Assembly (NCBI RefSeq): GCF_009914755.1
Contig: NC_060928.1
Source: the human T2T-CHM13v2.0 reference genome, Homo sapiens
Length of the DNA stretch: 64,000 bases
Direction: 5' to 3' (one strand)
Positions 59,576-64,000 of the stretch are shown here, piece by piece (position 1 is the stretch's first letter; each line of letters starts with the position of its first letter). Below the pieces are notes generated by a model, which made no database searches, had not been told where the DNA came from, and worked only from the letters and a program-made list of their open reading frames with translations. Position numbers and translations under genes: made by a program.

Positions 59576-59980
59576 TGTATTATCTGTTCTCACACTGCTT
59601 AAAGAAACATCTGAGACTGGGTAATTTCTAAAGAACAGAGGTTTAATTGGCCCACAGTTTCTCAGGTTGTACAGGAAGCATGGCAGCATCTACTCCTGGG
59701 GTAGCCTCAGGGAGCTTTTACTCATGGTGGAAGGCAAAGCTGGAGCAGGCATCTTACATGGCAGGAGCAGGAGGAAGAGAGAGATGGGGAGGTGCCGCAC
59801 ACTTTAGAATGCCTAGATCTCTTGAAAACTCTTATCATGTGAACAGCACTAGTGGGATGGTGCTAAACCATTAGAAACCGCCCCCGTGATCCAACCGCCT
59901 GCTACCAGGCCCCACCTCCAGCACTGGGGATTACATTTCAACATGAGATTTGGGTGGTGACACAGATCCAAACCATATCA
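59576..59980 (-). mobile_element. MSTA-like solo LTR
   Basis: TGTATTA..GAGACTGGGTAATTT..GGCCCCACCTCCAGCACTGGGGATTACATTTCAACATGAGATTTGG..AAACCATATCA; near-TSD GATTT/GATGT. Confidence 0.85.
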
Positions 59981-60118
59981 GATGTTTAAAAGCATCTCAT
60001 ACGAGACATGCCTAAAATCAAACTCTTAAGTTTCTCCTTCTATGTGTTTCATAGTCTTTCTCACCTAAGCTAATGATACCTCCCTTTTTAGTTGCTCATG
60101 CCAAAAACTCTGGAGTCA

Positions 60119-60437
<319 letters not shown>

Positions 60438-61689
60438 TGGAGTCATCTTTGACTGATCTTTCTCTTACTCTCCATATTGGCAAATGCCTTTGGATCCAGA
60501 TTTGAAATCTGTCCAGGATTTGACTACTTTATACCACCTCAACAGCGACCACTCAAGTCCAGATCACAGCATCATCTCTTGCCTGGATTACTGCAATAGT
60601 CTTCTAAACTCACTTCCCTGACTCTGCCTTCCCCTACCCCTCACCCTTTAACCAGTGTCTATTTTCTTCACTACAGTCAGAGTCATCCTGCTATAACCAG
60701 AAGCCTCTCCTCTGCATAACGTATCCCATCTCACAGAGTGAAACCCAAGGAACTTAAAAGGGCCTGTGAGGCTCTACATGGTCAGTCCCTGATATATTTC
60801 CAAACAGCACTCAAACCTCCCTGTTCTAACACCTTCTTTGTGCATGCCAAACCTGTTCATGCCACCTCAAGGTCTTTGCACTTGCTGATCTTTCTGCCAG
60901 CGTTCTTCCTTCAGATGCCCTCGGGCTGGCTCCTTCAACTCCTTTAGTCTCTGCTCCAATGTCATTGCATCAGCCAGGCCTTCCTGACACCGTATATAAA
61001 ATAACACCCACACTCCTATCACTCTCTGTGTGCCTTACCCTGCAATTTTTTCTTCATAGCACTTCTCTCCTCTCCATTGGATGTGTGTGTGTTTAGGTAT
61101 ACATACATGTGGTATATATATTTGTATATACATATAATGTATATATTTGAATACACATGTAGTATATATATTTGTGTATGTATATGTCTATCTGTTTAAT
61201 CATTGTCTGCCTTCTCCACCAAAAATGTAAACTCTGTGATTAGAAGTATTTTGTTTCATTTATGTTATAATCTCAGTGCCTGGAACAATGCCTAGCACAT
61301 GGCAGGTATTTGATAAATATTTGTTGAATTAATGTTGACTGAATCTAGGTAACTTATATACTGACTAAAAGTTACATACAATGTGTAAAATAAAATGTGT
61401 TAAACTTTCTGTGTTGCCCAAGCAGAACTGGGAGTCTTGGAAGGCATTTAAAGAAATACAGTGTTTACCCTGGAAGAACAGTGGATGCCACATGAATATT
61501 TGATGAATGTGGAATGAAATCTGACATCTTGTTGCTGGAGTAGATGGCTTAAAGATAATTGGACAAAACAGGAAGCTACAAATCCACATCATTTAACCCC
61601 TTGTTGTTATGTTGAATTAGGAAACATTATATATACTGCATTTTGTTTTTACCAATTGCTGCCATATTCTCTTACTATTATTATTAATA

Positions 61690-61953
61690 TTTTTAAGAGA
61701 AAGCGTTTTGCTCTGTCACTGATACTGGAGTGCAGTGGTGTGATCATAGCTCACTGCAGCCTTGAACTCCTGGGTTCAAGTGATCCTCCTACCTCAGCCT
61801 CCTGAGTAGCTGGGACTACAGGCATGCCATCACGCCCAGCTAATTAAAAAAATCTTTTTTGTAGAGATAGTGTCTCACTATGTTTCCCAGACTGGTCTCA
61901 AACTCCCAGGCTCAAGCAATCATCTTGCCTTGGTATGTGCTACCATGCCCAGA
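61690..61953 (-). mobile_element. AluJ with internal deletion
   Basis: GATCATAGCTCACTGCAGCCTTGAACTCC..CTCACTATGTTTCCCAG. Confidence 0.85.
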
Positions 61954-62329
61954 CAAATTCTATTATTAAACAGAATTTCTATGTATTATCTGCCTACCTA
62001 AATAAGCATATTATGAATGTCATGCTTCATTATTGCTGATGCTGAAGAATCCAGACTGATGTCTTCTAAGAGAATATCCATCAGTAAAGTCAAGAATTGT
62101 GTTTCTATTTATCACTTTATTGCCAAAGCTAATTGCTTATGTAAAGATTCCTGTCTTGATGTGAGCTGTTAGCATATTAAAGTATATTTACTGAAATTGA
62201 ATCCATAATTTAAATGACATATAATTTAAATACACTTGTGAAAACAAAAAGATAAATTCATTTAAAACAGAATATAATTAAGGGAAAATTTTAATTAAAA
62301 AAACACTAATAGCGAAACTGTTTTTTTTC

Positions 62330-62796
62330 CTAATTTTTATTTTATTGTGGTAAGAGCGCTTAATGTGAGTTCTACCGTCTGAACAAATTTGTAAGGGTAC
62401 AGTACCATATTGTTAACTACAGGCACAATTTTATGCAGCCGTTCTCTAGAACTTATTCATCTTGCATACCTATGACTTTATACCTATGGAATAGCAATTC
62501 CCCACCATTTCTCTTCCCCTCAGCCCCAGTACCATTCTACTCTCTGATTCCATGAGTTTGACTATTTTAGACACCCCATGGGCCAGACATGATGGCTCAC
62601 ACCTGTAATCCCAGCACTTTGAGAGGCCGAAGTGGCTGGATTGCTTGAGCCCAGGAGTTCAAGACCAGCCTGGGCAACATGACAAAACCCTGTCTCAAAA
62701 ATAAAATAAATAAAATAAAAAACAGGAAATCTTGCAATATGCAACAACACGGATGAATCTTGAAGACATTATACAAAGTGATTATTTCACTTGGTA
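62330..62796 (-). mobile_element. L1MA/MB 3' fragment with a short inverted segment, interrupted by FLAM_C (62581-62720, +)
   Basis: TTTATTGTGGTAAGA..TCTAGAACTTATTCATCTTGCATA..ACCATTCTACTCTCTG; sense-oriented L1 piece at 62722-62780. Confidence 0.7.
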
Positions 62797-62979
62797 TGTG
62801 TGTATGTTTAGGTATATATACATGTAAGAAATCTAGAATTTCCTAATATTTCCTTTTTACATCTTTATTACATCTTTGATTTTCATCTTTAAAATGAACA
62901 TGTAGAGGTAAAAACACAATATGCATATTAATCAGATTGTGTATTTTAATGCCTATGTGTTATAGAAGCCGCCACTGTT

Positions 62980-63190
62980 GTGAGAGTGTGGGCTTGGGAC
63001 CTGGACTGCCTGGGCATGGATCCCAGCTCTGCCACTTCCTGGCTGTGGGTCATGAGCAAGCCATTTTGTCCTCATGTTTCTGTTTCCTTAGAGAGTTGTT
63101 GTGAGGATAATGAGATGATAGAGGTAAAACACTGAGAATAGTTCTGAACAAAGAGTAGTCACTCAATAAATACTAGCTATTGCTATTAGC
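62980..63190 (+). mobile_element. MIR
   Basis: GACTGCCTGGG..ATCCCAGCTCTGCCACTT..GTTGTTGTGAGGAT..CTCAATAAATACTAGCTATT. Confidence 0.8.
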
Positions 63191-64000
63191 TATATATAAT
63201 GAAAATAAAGTTTTACCATCACATTCTCCTTTTGTAGCTAATGGGTTGAATTAATCCAATTTGCACTAATTTGTCAAAAATATCCAAATAGTTTCGCATG
63301 AAATTACTCCCAAAGAAAGAGAACCTTTTATACCAAAGAGGAACGCTTGCACCTTCTTTAGAGATGCCAGTTTCTCTCCGGGAATCTCCTGATTGCATAC
63401 ACTCCAGATGTCATAATTGGTACTGAGAGCTCTTAGAGATATTTCCCTGGTTATTGTTCATACAAAGCTCTGAGAAAGCCCATAGCAAACACTGGCTTCC
63501 AGTGTTCTTCATTATTGATATTGATATTTTGAGATCATGACAAAGGGAGTGTGAGAATGATGATTAATTTACTAATTTTCCTCATTTTATGCTTTCTTCA
63601 GCTCTGTAACCCCAATACCGATTAGCATGCACACACACAAACATACACACACATTTATATCTCACTGCCCACTTAAAAAATGAGATTTATTATATATTCA
63701 TATTGACCTCAGTGTTTATGCTTTTGAGTCCTGTTTTAGGGAAGATTGTTTCAATAATAAAGATGTGCATTCTTATCTTGACCTCCTTTGATGCAGGTGT
63801 ATTCTGGCCCTCTTGATTCTATGATACATGGTACACTAGTCTTCCGTTGAATTTGAATTGTAAAGTAGTTACAATTTAATACACTTATAAATAATGTATT
63901 TATTCATACTATGTAGAGACAGGGACACCATGGATAATTTTTTTCTCTGAATTGTATTTTTTAATCTTATTTTAAAGTTGGTATAAAATTCACATAATAT

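Overview
Great-ape (probably human) genomic DNA that looks intergenic or deep-intronic and is rich in interspersed repeats: about 20 Alu copies, L1, L2, MIR, MaLR/ERV LTRs and hAT DNA transposons. I found no credible protein-coding exon. The long ORFs in the track come from L1, Alu, ERV or low-complexity sequence. Best-supported features: (1) a disabled processed NDUFB4 pseudogene on the minus strand (~41553-42325) with an Alu in its 3'UTR; (2) a HERV-E/Harlequin-type LTR2 solo LTR (44976-46653) split by a young, 5'-inverted (twin-primed) L1 with a 17-bp TSD and a possible short 3' transduction; (3) a young AluY with the 12-bp deletion of the Yd lineage; (4) a decayed ERVL (LTR16/HERV16-like) provirus with a YNDD RT remnant; (5) a small CpG-rich CCAAT/GC-box element next to a 2.1-kb CA-rich minisatellite; (6) an old L1M hosting MER41A and MST insertions. 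I cannot demonstrate a new biological system here. The findings are retrotransposition fossils and candidate regulatory elements. Repeat subfamily names come from recalled consensus sequences, and many boundaries are approximate; both need RepeatMasker/Dfam confirmation.
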